From an uncultured Candidatus Binatia bacterium (GTDB lineage Bacteria; Desulfobacterota; Binatia; Bin18; CBDCRK01), in the NCBI GenBank assembly GCA_965220955.1, contig CBDCRK010000011.1, positions 26,773-90,772 on the forward strand: a stretch of DNA of 64,000 nt, read 5' to 3'. The notes below the pieces were generated by a model. The model saw only the letters and a program-made list of their open reading frames with translations, searched no databases and was not told the origin of the DNA. Position numbers and translations under genes: made by a program. Of this stretch, positions 42,426-52,205 are shown in pieces (position 1 is the first letter of the stretch; each line of letters starts with the position of its first letter).

Positions 42426-42530
42426 AGCGTGCGCCATACGCACGAATAGCGTGCGCCATACGCACGAATAGCGTGCCATACGCACGAATAGCGTGCGCCA
42501 TACGCACGAATAGCGTGCGCCATACGCACG
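42426..42530. repeat. Tandem array of about 5 x 22-bp units (AGCGTGCGCCATACGCACGAAT). Each unit contains an inverted repeat CGTGCG..CGCACG
   Basis: Seen directly. No spacers, so not CRISPR. It generates long spurious minus-strand ORFs. Confidence 0.8.
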
Positions 42531-42568
42531 GAAAGAGGACTGGGCGATTTAATTCGTGCGCGTAGCGC

Positions 42569-43279
42569 ATGCTCCCGTGGCTGACAATGCCAGTCTATCA
42601 GCTTACCGCAGATCTTGCTTTCCCTAACCCGGAGTGGGCGAATCCTGAAGGGCTTTTGGCTGTGGGAGGAGACCTCTGTGCGGAACGCCTGATTTTGGCC
42701 TATACCCTGGGGATCTTTCCCTGGTACGGACCGGGTTATCCGATCCTGTGGTGGAGCCCACCGCAGCGATGTATTATGCAACCATTCCACTTTCATGTTT
42801 CCCGCAGTCTTCGGCGGTTGCTGCGCCAAGGGCGTTTTACTGTTACCTTTGACCAAGCGTTCCCCGAGGTTATTCAGGCCTGTGCCGGTACCCGGCTCAA
42901 ACGTCGCGAGGAGACCTGGATCACCCCAGAGATGATCGATGCCTATGTTCTCCTCCACGAACTTGGGCTAGCCCATTCCGCCGAAGCCTGGCAGGCAGGG
43001 GAGCTGGTGGGGGGAATATATGGGGTCAGCCTGGGGCGGGCCTTCTTTGGTGAGTCCATGTTTGCCCGAGCGCCCAACGCTTCCAAAGTGGCCTTTGCTA
43101 CCCTGGCCCAAAGGCTGGCGGAGTGGCAGTTTGTGATGATCGACTGTCAGATTACTAACCCCCACCTGCAAAGCCTGGGGGCCCAGGAGATTCCCCGGGC
43201 GGACTTTCTGGGCCGCCTGGCTGAGGCGCTCAAGTTTCCCCGCCGGCGGGGAAAGTGGTCGCAACCACATAGTGATTAA
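42569..43279 (+). CDS. aat: Leucyl/phenylalanyl-tRNA--protein transferase
   Basis: GIFPWY, WWSP and the characteristic L/F-transferase core. Confidence 0.85.
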   Translation: MLPWLTMPVYQLTADLAFPNPEWANPEGLLAVGGDLCAERLILAYTLGIFPWYGPGYPILWWSPPQRCIMQPFHFHVSRSLRRLLRQGRFTVTFDQAFPEVIQACAGTRLKRREETWITPEMIDAYVLLHELGLAHSAEAWQAGELVGGIYGVSLGRAFFGESMFARAPNASKVAFATLAQRLAEWQFVMIDCQITNPHLQSLGAQEIPRADFLGRLAEALKFPRRRGKWSQPHSD

Positions 43280-43453
43280 TAACCTCTCGCTCTTCGGGAG
43301 TGAGGGTACCCCTGGGGATCGTGAAATTATAGACCTCGTTTTCGGAAAGCAAGGGTACTTCATCTCCCTCACTATTGATCCAAGTATATCTTGCTATTCT
43401 TTGAACCCTGTCCTGGTGGCTGGTCACCTGAAGCCCAGCTTTGGTTAGTGCCA

Positions 43454-43798
43454 TTATCCTGGAGGCCACTTCATTGGCCGTCCTCCCAACAAGTGAAAAT
43501 GAATATGATACACACTTTGCCCCGCCGCCGGCCCGCAGTTGGTGACTACGCGAAAACCCTCTTTGGCAATCCCGTGGGCTTCAGCCAGCCGATTAGCCAC
43601 TAAAAAAATATGGCCTACCAGGTCTCTATTTTCTTCGCTAATCTCCAAAGCCGTAGCTATGTGCTTACACGGTATAATGAGAAGATGGACCGGAGCCTGA
43701 GGATTGATGTCCTTAATGGCTACGACCTTTTCATCTTGGTAAACAATTTCCCCTTTAACCTTACCCGCAATCATACTACAAAAAAGACACTGGCTCAC
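43454..43798 (-). CDS. HIT-family histidine triad protein (HinT-like)
   Basis: HIHFHLLGG histidine triad. N-terminal CLFC. Confidence 0.85.
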   Translation of the reverse strand: MSQCLFCSMIAGKVKGEIVYQDEKVVAIKDINPQAPVHLLIIPCKHIATALEISEENRDLVGHIFLVANRLAEAHGIAKEGFRVVTNCGPAAGQSVYHIHFHLLGGRPMKWPPG

Positions 43799-43863
43799 TC
43801 CTTCTTCCTCCTTCTATTATTGAGCAGGATTTTGCTTCATCCTGACCCTCTCACAAGGTCTTA

Positions 43864-44180
43864 TCCATAACTCCCAGGCATGAGCATAATCCGAGGCGGT
43901 TCCTTCTTTATCCGATCCTGCACTCCGCCAATGCTGGCAAGGTCTTCCCGCACGCGCCGTCGCAGCTTCTCCAGCCGCACCCCAGCGCACACGTCCGGCA
44001 GCAGAGACACTTTCTCCAAGCCTGGACCTAGCATTTTTTCTCCATGAGCCCGACGAATAGCTCCCAGCGTAGGTCCTCCTCAACCTCATCAAGCGCCTCT
44101 TCCAGATGCTCGTGCGCCTCGAAGTAGCGGCCGGAGTTAAAGTCCTTGATCGAGCGTAGCAGGGTAGGATAGTGTAACAT
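43864..44180 (-). pseudogene. Possible DUF309-like gene interrupted by a frameshift at an A6/T6 run (44036-44041)
   Basis: 50-aa ORF 44030..44180 begins MLHYPTLLRSIKDFNSGRYFEAHEHLEEAL (FNxGxYFEAHExLE is DUF309-like), then continues in other frames. Confidence 0.25.
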
Positions 44181-44368
44181 TAAATTTATATCCTAGCTTT
44201 TCTTGGTCTGGAGAGGAAGTAGTTGGGAGCAGCTAACAGCGGATTGGGGGTGTCTCTAGGGGTGGGCAACTATACTGGTTTGTTCATGAGCAGCGTAGCC
44301 GCGCTAGGGGCGGAGTCGAAGAGCGCCGAGCTTAAGAGACCTGCTATAAAGCTGAAGAAGGATGCCCT

Positions 44369-45295
44369 ATGACTTTGTCTCAACTTAGCTTGTCGTTGAC
44401 TCCCCTCCCACCCTATTCCTTTGCTCTGACAACCGCACGGTTTACTCGCTTCAAGGACGAGAATGTTGATCACGTTCAGTCCCACAGCTATCGGCGCCTG
44501 CTCTCAGTAGACGGGCAACTGGCACTGGCAACGGTGACTGATAAAGGCACGATCACCAAGCCTGTTCTATGCGTGGAGCTACAAGGCACACGTAAGACCG
44601 ACCTCAAGCGACCCGAGTTTGCTACTCAGCTCCGCCACATTCTCTGTACCGATTTGAACCTTAAGCCCTTCTATCGTCTGGCCCGCAAGCATGAACTGCT
44701 CGCTCCGTTGGTGACCCGCTTTCGTGGTCTCAAGCTTATTGCCAGCCCCACTATGTTTGAGTCCCTGGTTATGGCGGTGCTATCACAACAAGTCAACCTG
44801 ACCTTTGCCTACTCCATCAAGAAAGAGCTGGTCGAGATCTTTGGCAATAAGTGGAGGGTTAACGGCGAGACCTATTATGCGTTTCCCGGACCTGAGCGGT
44901 TTACCGTAGAGACCGAAGAGCGACTGCAGCGGTTTCGTCTGAGCCGAGCCAAGGCTGGCACCCTGGTGCGTTTAGGCCAGGCCTTTGCCTCGGGCATATT
45001 GATCCAGGAGGAATTGGCCGCACTGCCTGATGAGGAGGTGGTCGAACGGCTGACGCAAATTAAAGGAATTGGCCGCTGGAGCGCAGAAACCTGCTTAATG
45101 CGGGGTCTGGCCCGGGCTGATGCTTTTCCCGGGGGTGATCTGGGTGTAGTCAAATACTTAGCTCAGGGATTACTGGGCAAAGCGGAGCGAGCCTCCGAGG
45201 CTGAGATGCGGGCTGTGGCCGAGCCCTGGCGTCCCTACCGCGGACTTGCGCTTGTCTACTGCTATGCTGAGCTAATGCGGCGGCGGGGAGGATGA
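44369..45295 (+). CDS. alkA: DNA-3-methyladenine glycosylase II (AlkA-like; AlkA_N + HhH-GPD)
   Basis: HhH-GPD region IKGIGRWSAETCLMRGL...D. AlkA-type N-terminal domain. Confidence 0.8.
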   Translation: MTLSQLSLSLTPLPPYSFALTTARFTRFKDENVDHVQSHSYRRLLSVDGQLALATVTDKGTITKPVLCVELQGTRKTDLKRPEFATQLRHILCTDLNLKPFYRLARKHELLAPLVTRFRGLKLIASPTMFESLVMAVLSQQVNLTFAYSIKKELVEIFGNKWRVNGETYYAFPGPERFTVETEERLQRFRLSRAKAGTLVRLGQAFASGILIQEELAALPDEEVVERLTQIKGIGRWSAETCLMRGLARADAFPGGDLGVVKYLAQGLLGKAERASEAEMRAVAEPWRPYRGLALVYCYAELMRRRGG

Positions 45296-45472
45296 TTTAT
45301 AGATCCTCTCCCATTCCCCTTTGCTCGCCTGCCTGACGAATGCCGCGTTATCTAGGATGCCCTTAAGAGTTCCCGGCTTGACGATCAGTCCCGGAATGTA
45401 GACTCTGCAAAAAGATGTTGGGTTTCGCTCTTACTCAACTCAACCTACAGGTCTCTGTGGTATGAATGCAGG

Positions 45473-45937
45473 TCATGGGTATTGATTAGGGTCGTCTGCG
45501 CTCAGCTCTTCATGATTGGCTGCCGTGAGCAAGTCCTGGTCCGCAGAGACAAAAGTCAAAGGGGCAAGCTGCTGGCTGACAAGGGTCCTGTTAGCGATGA
45601 GGGCTACCGCGAGTTGTATAGCATCGTATCCACGCAGTCTTTGCCTACCCGTAAGGTCTACACCGAGAGTGATGACCTGCTGGTCTACACCCAGAATCTG
45701 ATATTGGCTGGAAGCGTCACGGATAAAGTCTTGCATCCCTTGCTTATACTCTTCGGGTGTCATTTCTTGAGACCGCTGCTTGCTGGCCAAGGCGGCAGCC
45801 ACCTCGACTATGGTTACATTGGCAATGAGGATGATATGACTACTCTGAGGGTCGCAGAGGCTGCTGACCCAAGTAGTGCCTTTTTCCATAGCGTATCGTT
45901 TGACTACAGCACTGCTGTCCAGGAAGTAGGTAGTCAC
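45473..45937 (-). CDS. vapC: VapC-family PIN-domain toxin
   Basis: YFLDSSAVVKRY ... GYDAIQLAVAL pattern. Confidence 0.6.
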   Translation of the reverse strand: MTTYFLDSSAVVKRYAMEKGTTWVSSLCDPQSSHIILIANVTIVEVAAALASKQRSQEMTPEEYKQGMQDFIRDASSQYQILGVDQQVITLGVDLTGRQRLRGYDAIQLAVALIANRTLVSQQLAPLTFVSADQDLLTAANHEELSADDPNQYP

Positions 45938-46248
45938 TTTGGAGTAGCTCGCTGCTCAATGATAACAGCGCTAAGAGGTCGCCCTTGTACCTGAATAGGA
46001 CTCTGACGGGGAGCTGACGGGTCAGAGACATAGGTTGTGATCAAGTCTGGACTAAGAGATTGTAGAAGCCCAGCAGAACGAAGGACCTGGTGCGGACGGT
46101 ATTTTTCCTGCTCTTGTTCTTTTGTGAATGGGGTTTCCTCTGCTAGGTGCTCAAGGATAAATCCTTCGAGAGCCATCCCTCTGCTTGCTGCTTTGGCTTG
46201 GAGTTTAGCATATAGATCATCGGGCAGAGTGAGAGTAAGTTCACGCAT
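45934..46248 (-). CDS. Putative cognate antitoxin (VapB-like) for the downstream PIN toxin
   Basis: Small gene with 4-bp overlap upstream of the PIN gene. N-terminal LTLTLPDDLYAKLQAKAASRG, ribbon-helix-helix-like. Confidence 0.5.
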   Translation of the reverse strand: MRELTLTLPDDLYAKLQAKAASRGMALEGFILEHLAEETPFTKEQEQEKYRPHQVLRSAGLLQSLSPDLITTYVSDPSAPRQSPIQVQGRPLSAVIIEQRATPK

Positions 46249-46776
46249 AAAACAATTTTCTCCGATTGCTCAACGTAAGCTTGACTCGTTGGCTTCTTCC
46301 TTGTTCGGGGAGAGCATTGCTAGCATCGGTTAGCCATTCCATACCAGGTGATTATAGCACATTGGGGGGAAAGGCAAGACGAAACAGGTGGGCATAGCAG
46401 GCAGGTCACCTTCTATGCGTGCGGCAAACGCCACCGCCTGCCAGACATCGGGCCGGGTTCACGGGTTCGGGCCTTCGGTGACCATCGTTACGGCTCGGCC
46501 TATCTGTTCGCTCCGCCTTTCGGCCTTGGAGTGCCTCACTAGCTCTGCCTGAGCGCCACCTACTATGCCGTCGGCTGACTTGGGAATTTTCTCATAATTC
46601 TGGCGACCACCAGGGTGGCTGCTCCCTGCCGTCTGCTCCTGCTGTTTCCCAATGTTGTAACGCGATACCTCAAAGTCGATAAGGTGATGAATGGTTCTGA
46701 GTTCTTGTTGTCTCTCACTTTTCTGTGCTATAGCGAGGCCAGTGTCATCTAGGACGCTCAAGCAACGAATAACCAA

Positions 46777-47454
46777 GTGCCGACGAGGACCCGCCTTGCT
46801 CGGCAGCCTGAATATTTCCGTAAGGAGGTTTCCTTGTTCGGTATTGAAGAGATACGAAAGGCCCTTGCCCAGCATAAGCCTGCTGTGACGAGCTTTCAGG
46901 TTGACCGCAACTGCGCAGCAGTCGCAATGGTGTTGGCGGGTCACGAATCTGATTTGAAACTATGTGTGATTCGTCGAGCGCAGAAGCCCGGCGATCCCTG
47001 GTCGGGGCATATGGCTTTCCCTGGTGGGCGCGCTTCGCCTCAGGATGCAAGCTTGCAGGAAGCAGCCGAACGAGAAACGCACGAAGAAGTGGGTCTGACG
47101 TTAGAGCGCTCGCACCGACTTGGTTCGCTATCCCCGCTCTCAATCTGGCTGAGCGGCCGAGAACAGCCCCTGTTCCTCTTTCCCTTTGTCTATTACCTGG
47201 GGCCGTCCCCTTCAGCGCTGATCCTCAACCATGAAGTGGCTGAGGCGTACTGGATGCCGCTGGCCCACCCCTGGGATGGCAGGAACGGAACATCTCTAAG
47301 TCTTTCTACGGACAACACCTCTCTTCGGTACCCAGCGATTCGCTTCGGCGATCAGACTATTTGGGGGATAACGCTGCGCGTGCTCACTCTTTTTTCCGAT
47401 GTGCTGGGTCGCCCCTTGCCGCATTTGGAAGAGATTCCTGGCTTGGGGCATTAG
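46777..47454 (+). CDS. NUDIX hydrolase (CoA pyrophosphatase-like). True start may be the internal TTG near 46830 after a GGAGG RBS
   Basis: Nudix box GHMAFPGGRA...EAAERETHEEVGL. Confidence 0.7.
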   Translation: MPTRTRLARQPEYFRKEVSLFGIEEIRKALAQHKPAVTSFQVDRNCAAVAMVLAGHESDLKLCVIRRAQKPGDPWSGHMAFPGGRASPQDASLQEAAERETHEEVGLTLERSHRLGSLSPLSIWLSGREQPLFLFPFVYYLGPSPSALILNHEVAEAYWMPLAHPWDGRNGTSLSLSTDNTSLRYPAIRFGDQTIWGITLRVLTLFSDVLGRPLPHLEEIPGLGH

Positions 47455-47520
47455 GGAGGGACAACGAACGGAAAGGCAGAAAGAGCAGACCCTCTCGCTG
47501 CATAGAGTAGGATGGGCAAC

Positions 47521-47709
47521 TTATATGTTATTCTGTCGCTTTCTCTTTTCATCTCTACTGTTAACCCCACAACCGATTGCCCGTAATCTTAGCACCCTCA
47601 GCAAGCGCTCTTTGCGCAGCAGGGCTACATGCCAGGTAACAATAGCCCCCCAGTCATGTCCAACCAGGTGAAACTTCTCCTGCCCCAGCGCATCGGCAAG
47701 CTCCGTCAC
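47521..47709 (-). pseudogene. Fragment of an alpha/beta-hydrolase (dehalogenase/epoxide-hydrolase-type nucleophile elbow HLVGHDWGA)
   Basis: Only about 40 aa of homology-like sequence; no remainder of the fold. Confidence 0.4.
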
Positions 47710-47763
47710 ATCGTTGATCAGGTTGATAACACTGTGCGTAAACCGTAGTAGGCTCCGCGAGCC

Positions 47764-47813
47764 CTTAACCTGCCTTAACCTGCCTTAACCTGCCTTAACC
47801 TGCCTTAACCTGG
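47764..47813. repeat. 10-bp tandem repeat (CCTTAACCTG x5) overlapping the stop of the MFS gene
   Basis: Seen directly. Confidence 0.8.
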
Positions 47814-49097
47814 CACAAGACGGCGTGTGGCAAGCCAAAAGCACCAGATGACCCCGCAGAGCGCCAGGAGCGCCACAACAAAAGCGGGCGTGTACGCCCC
47901 AAGATGGTCATACACGTAGCCGCTATACCAGGGTCCCAGAGCGCCGCCAATGCCGTGGCCAATACTCATGAGGCCGAATATAGCGCCGAAATGCCGACTA
48001 GGAAACAAATCCGCTGTGATCGCGCTAATAATCGGTCCACGCGCGCCATAGCCGAGCCCAAAGAAAAACGCGTAAAGATACAGTGGCCATGTGACCGCGG
48101 TGCCGTTGATCCCCAATAGCACCACAATGCCAATCTGCGAACAGAGGACGCTCAACGTCACGCCGCCGAACCGGCCTAAACGATCGGACAAGGCCCCGAA
48201 CACAACCCGCCCGCAGGCGCTCATGAACCCCATATGACCCAGAATCGCCGCTGCCAGCACTTTGCTAAACCCCGCATCCACTAGATACGCCACCTGGTGT
48301 ACTGAAATGGGAAAGATCCCCACCGGAATTAGCACCTGCGCCATGGACAAAGCCCAGAATTCCCGAGTCCTTAGCGCCTCGCGCACCGTCCAGAGGTGTT
48401 GCGGTTTGGGGGGATTCTGAGACCTTGTGGTTTGAGAAGAAGCGGGCTCCGACGCGCCATAGGGTTCCAGTCCCACAAGGTTTGGGTGATTACGAAGCGT
48501 GAAGGCAACAAACACCGTGTAGGCCGCAATGCCCAATGCCAGCGCCATAAAACTCTGCCGCCAGCCAATGAGCAAAATGAGATACTGAGCCAGAGGCCCG
48601 ACCAACTGGATGCCAATCCCCATACCCGCAAAGGCAAAGCCAATGATAGCACCACGCTGGCGCGTAAACCAATCCGCCAAAAGTGCCGAGTGTGACACTG
48701 GCCCGGCAAGCGCCACTCCGCTCCCGACACCGAGGCCAAAGAGGACAAGAAAGTGCCATAGCGTCTGCACCTGACTACACCCCGCCAGCGCCAGCGCAAT
48801 CAGTGCTAGGCCCGTGCTCACAACCCGACGCGCGCCCATGCGGTCTGTCAGGACGCCAACCACGGGCGCGAGCAACGCTTGCAGCAGATTGCCAATGGAA
48901 AACGCCAGCGACGCCTCGGCGCGACTCCAGGCAAAGTCTTCCAATAACGCCACAAAGAAAATGGCAAACGAAAACCAGACGCCGAATGTCACTGCGGTTG
49001 TAATAAACGCTTGCAACAGCGTGAACCATGAATAAGGCGCCATCCGCCTTTGCGGCAGAGGCTTTGGATGAGACGCAAACTCGGCAGAACGATCCAC
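47805..49097 (-). CDS. MFS transporter
   Basis: 12-TM profile with MFS-type loop motifs. Confidence 0.75.
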   Translation of the reverse strand: MDRSAEFASHPKPLPQRRMAPYSWFTLLQAFITTAVTFGVWFSFAIFFVALLEDFAWSRAEASLAFSIGNLLQALLAPVVGVLTDRMGARRVVSTGLALIALALAGCSQVQTLWHFLVLFGLGVGSGVALAGPVSHSALLADWFTRQRGAIIGFAFAGMGIGIQLVGPLAQYLILLIGWRQSFMALALGIAAYTVFVAFTLRNHPNLVGLEPYGASEPASSQTTRSQNPPKPQHLWTVREALRTREFWALSMAQVLIPVGIFPISVHQVAYLVDAGFSKVLAAAILGHMGFMSACGRVVFGALSDRLGRFGGVTLSVLCSQIGIVVLLGINGTAVTWPLYLYAFFFGLGYGARGPIISAITADLFPSRHFGAIFGLMSIGHGIGGALGPWYSGYVYDHLGAYTPAFVVALLALCGVIWCFWLATRRLVPG

Positions 49098-49100
49098 GAC

Positions 49101-49286
49101 TTATACCACCGAATACCCGCCACTGACACTGACCATCTGTCCCAGGACATGGCTGGCGCCATCCGCGGCCAGAAATGTTGTCATTTTTGCTACATTATCC
49201 AACACGCCCGGCTTATGCAGCCGCAGGGCTTCTGCTTCCACGGGGTCGACATTCTTCCCACCAACTACCCTATGATGGCGTGGCAC
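49101..49286 (-). pseudogene. C-terminal fragment of a short-chain dehydrogenase/reductase (FLAADGASHVLGQMVSVSGGYS)
   Basis: Only the SDR C-terminal motif is present. Confidence 0.4.
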
Positions 49287-49294
49287 GCTGGCTC

Positions 49295-50104
49295 CTAAAG
49301 AATTTTTGCCTTCTCCAGTTGGACGGTGAGCAGGCTCCCGTCTCTCAAACCGGCACGCCCAGGCTCATGCAGATGACGCTCGCGCGCATCCCACCTCCGT
49401 TCGAGTTCGATCTGCTGATCAGTGCGCTTAATGCTGTACGAGGCAGCGCAGATTCGCAGGCTCGGACCCGGGGCCAATATGACCGCGAGCTTTCGGAGAT
49501 CTCTGAGGTACGTCTTACACTTCTCCGAGTCCACATCGAACAATTGGTAAACAAGCCAGCGACTCTTAGCATCCGAGTAGCAGGCCGACGACGCCCGGTG
49601 GACGAGTTGGTAGGGCAATTCGCGTATGTCGTCTATTCGGAGCCTGTTGGTAGAGCATAGCCTTAGCAGGTCAAGCCATCCTTCAAGAACCTCAATCCGG
49701 TTCAATGGTTTTGACCCCTCTCTAAGCCAAGTGTCAACGTCCGGATACCTTGGCTCTGTCCACTTCGCTTCTATGGCGAGCGAAACCTCTTCTGAAGTCA
49801 GCATCAAGTCCGTGCAAGACGGCTTGCCCCTACCGCGCTGAACCGGTACCGTGTGGTCGAAATCCAGGAGGATTCTATCAGACAGCGGGAAGTTCAGAGC
49901 TTCAGATAGCTCCCTCGCTCGTTGGCTTGGATTGCGCCAAGATTCGAGAAGTGGCACAGTCGAGCGTCTGGGCGAATCAAACTCCGTGTCTTTGTAGCAT
50001 CCGAGTAGTTTTTCATACCCGTCGACGCAGTGTCCTGCGTATGACCATGTTATGCGCATCACTTCTCCCTCTTCTCGACGGATTTCGTCCTGTGTCAATT
50101 CCAT
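49295..50104 (-). CDS. Hypothetical protein with a candidate PD-(D/E)xK nuclease motif (TDLML ... AIEAKW)
   Basis: D-x-hydrophobic followed 13 residues later by the E-x-K pattern. No neighbouring methyltransferase. GC lower than the flanks. Confidence 0.45.
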   Translation of the reverse strand: MELTQDEIRREEGEVMRITWSYAGHCVDGYEKLLGCYKDTEFDSPRRSTVPLLESWRNPSQRARELSEALNFPLSDRILLDFDHTVPVQRGRGKPSCTDLMLTSEEVSLAIEAKWTEPRYPDVDTWLREGSKPLNRIEVLEGWLDLLRLCSTNRLRIDDIRELPYQLVHRASSACYSDAKSRWLVYQLFDVDSEKCKTYLRDLRKLAVILAPGPSLRICAASYSIKRTDQQIELERRWDARERHLHEPGRAGLRDGSLLTVQLEKAKIL

Positions 50105-50203
50105 GTGCTCAGAAGCCTGACCACCCTGGGCGCTCGGTAGCGTCTCTGCCCATTGAAGCCAGAGCTGGTGGCAAAGCCTATCAACCCATTATTTTACCAG
50201 ACT

Positions 50204-50473
50204 TCACTGGGCACGACACTCTGACATCGTTGGTGGGGTACGCTCGCAGGCCAGGGTATCGGTTACGCCCGAGGCCAGGCGTGCGCACGCGTTGGTTGTG
50301 GCTGCCATAAGTGCCTCGGCTTCTGTTGTTCCATCGACGGCACGACATACCTCCCGTCCACGGAATCGGATACAGACCTCGCATCTCATACCCCCGATCT
50401 GAAAGCTAGAATAGACCACTACTGCCATCAGGCCAACAAGCACACTAATCACGACCCACGAGGTTCTTTTCAT
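50204..50473 (-). CDS. Small Cys-rich protein with N-terminal TM/signal anchor
   Basis: MKRTSWVVISVLVGLMAVVVY hydrophobic segment. 6 Cys in 89 aa. Confidence 0.3.
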   Translation of the reverse strand: MKRTSWVVISVLVGLMAVVVYSSFQIGGMRCEVCIRFRGREVCRAVDGTTEAEALMAATTNACARLASGVTDTLACERTPPTMSECRAQ

Positions 50474-50821
50474 ATAAAGTTATTCTCCTTCCTCACACCA
50501 CCCATCTCAAGCAGTTTTCATTTGACAACCTTATCATCAGAATTCGGGCATCTTTGAAAGGTAAACCCCTGCTCATTTTGATCGACAATACGGACAAAAT
50601 TTCACCAGCGCGGGGCCTGGAAATATTCTTGGAGAATGGACAACATCTAGCCAGACCTAAAGCTAATGTTGTCTTTGAGGAAACCCCACGAAGGATTTCT
50701 GCCGCGTTGATCTAGGGTCATTGAACATTACCTCTTAAGATCGCTCAACCGTGGTAGCATCCTCCCGTGTAATAGAGGAGAATAGCATATACCTATCGAG
50801 CAACATCCGTGGAGAGAAATC

Positions 50822-52138
50822 ATGAGAGCTATATTGCGAGCGGTGTTGGGTATCATGATGTGCCTTCTTCCCGTATGGGGAGAAGCGGCAGATCCTTCTG
50901 ATTCTTCCCTTACAGTAGCGGAATGTGTGGGGATTGCTCTGGAAAAGCACCCGTCTCTTAAAGGAGCACAGGCGCAGGTGGATGCCGCCTATCAGCGGGT
51001 GTGGCAGCAAGTCGCTGGATACTTGCCCCGGGGTGGGTATGGTTATAACTTTAACCGCCAGGAACGGCCGCTTACGGCCATCTTGGGCGGAGGGCAAATA
51101 GGAGAAGGGCAAAGGCGTGAAACTTCCCAGCGCTTTAACTTTAATAGCACGTCCTTCTCTATGGAGCAGATGCTCTTTGACTTTGGCAAGAACTTAGACT
51201 CCATTCAGGCTGCCCTGGCCTCTAAGCGCGCTGATGAGGCCGACTACAAAACCACGGCTCGAAGCGTGATCTTCAGCGTCAAAGAATCCTACTACAACGT
51301 TCTCTCTGCCCAACGTCTTCTACAGGTGGCTGAGGAAACTCTAGAGCGGGACCAAGGACTCCTGCGAGAAGCGGAAGCAAGGTATGAGGTTGGTCTTGCC
51401 CCTAGGTTTGATGTGACTCGGGTTGAGGTGCAGGTGGCCAATGCGACTTTAGCCCTGGTTAGGGCTCGCAACAATGTAGCCCTTGCTCGGGAGAACCTGC
51501 GCTATGCTATGGGCTTAACCTCTCCTCTTGTGGCTGATCTTGTTGATGACCTGGCATATCAAGAGGTAGACCTGGACGCAGACAGTCTCCTTAGCCGGGC
51601 CTATGCCGTACGGCCGGAGTTGAGCAGCCTTATAGCCCAGGAACAGGCCGCGGCCGAGCGGGTCTCTTTTCTGCAGAAGCAATATTTGCCTTACCTATCG
51701 GGCAGCGCACGGTACAACTGGACCGGCAGGGAATTTCCCCTTCGGCCTGGGTGGAACCTTGGGCTAGCGTTCACCTTTCCTCTATTTGATAGCATCCTGA
51801 CCACAGCCGAGGTCGGTGAGGCTAAGGCGGAGCTGCGGGCTCTTAAAGCGCAGACTGAAGGGCTGCGACAACAAATTATCCTCGAAGTGCGTGAAGCCTA
51901 CCTTAATGTGCGTCAGTCAGAGGAGTCGATCTTTGCTAGCGAAACGGCACTCAAGCAGGCGCGGGAGAATTTGGATATGGCTGAGGGACGCTACTCTGCC
52001 GGAATAGGGAACATCATTGAGTTGACCCAGGCCGAGGTCTTGCTAGCCACGGCACAGGCCAACCATGTGCAGGCACAAGCCAACTACAAAACCTCTCTCG
52101 CCCAACTAGAGAGGGCAGTCGGTATAGACTTGCTATAG
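50822..52138 (+). CDS. TolC-family outer-membrane efflux protein
   Basis: Signal peptide and two OEP repeats with the typical coiled/beta pattern. Confidence 0.8.
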   Translation: MRAILRAVLGIMMCLLPVWGEAADPSDSSLTVAECVGIALEKHPSLKGAQAQVDAAYQRVWQQVAGYLPRGGYGYNFNRQERPLTAILGGGQIGEGQRRETSQRFNFNSTSFSMEQMLFDFGKNLDSIQAALASKRADEADYKTTARSVIFSVKESYYNVLSAQRLLQVAEETLERDQGLLREAEARYEVGLAPRFDVTRVEVQVANATLALVRARNNVALARENLRYAMGLTSPLVADLVDDLAYQEVDLDADSLLSRAYAVRPELSSLIAQEQAAAERVSFLQKQYLPYLSGSARYNWTGREFPLRPGWNLGLAFTFPLFDSILTTAEVGEAKAELRALKAQTEGLRQQIILEVREAYLNVRQSEESIFASETALKQARENLDMAEGRYSAGIGNIIELTQAEVLLATAQANHVQAQANYKTSLAQLERAVGIDLL

Positions 52139-52205
52139 AAGAGGCAGGAAGAATGAGCCTAAGTTATACGCTGCTCAGTCATCCAACACTTGCCATTAAC
52201 TGCAA

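Noticed and set aside
42426-42530. Possible CRISPR array
   Set aside because: Units are directly adjacent with no spacers. 22-bp units. No cas genes nearby.
42188-42958. 256-aa and 112-aa minus-strand ORFs
   Set aside because: Generated by read-through of the 22-bp tandem array; repetitive RTLFVRMAHAIRAYG translation. Also antisense to aat.
43230-43469. 79-aa minus-strand ORF downstream of the HIT gene
   Set aside because: Overlaps the aat 3' end antisense by 50 bp. No recognisable family. Left uncalled.
46459-46944. 161-aa minus-strand ORF
   Set aside because: Overlaps the NUDIX gene start region antisense. Low-complexity translation.
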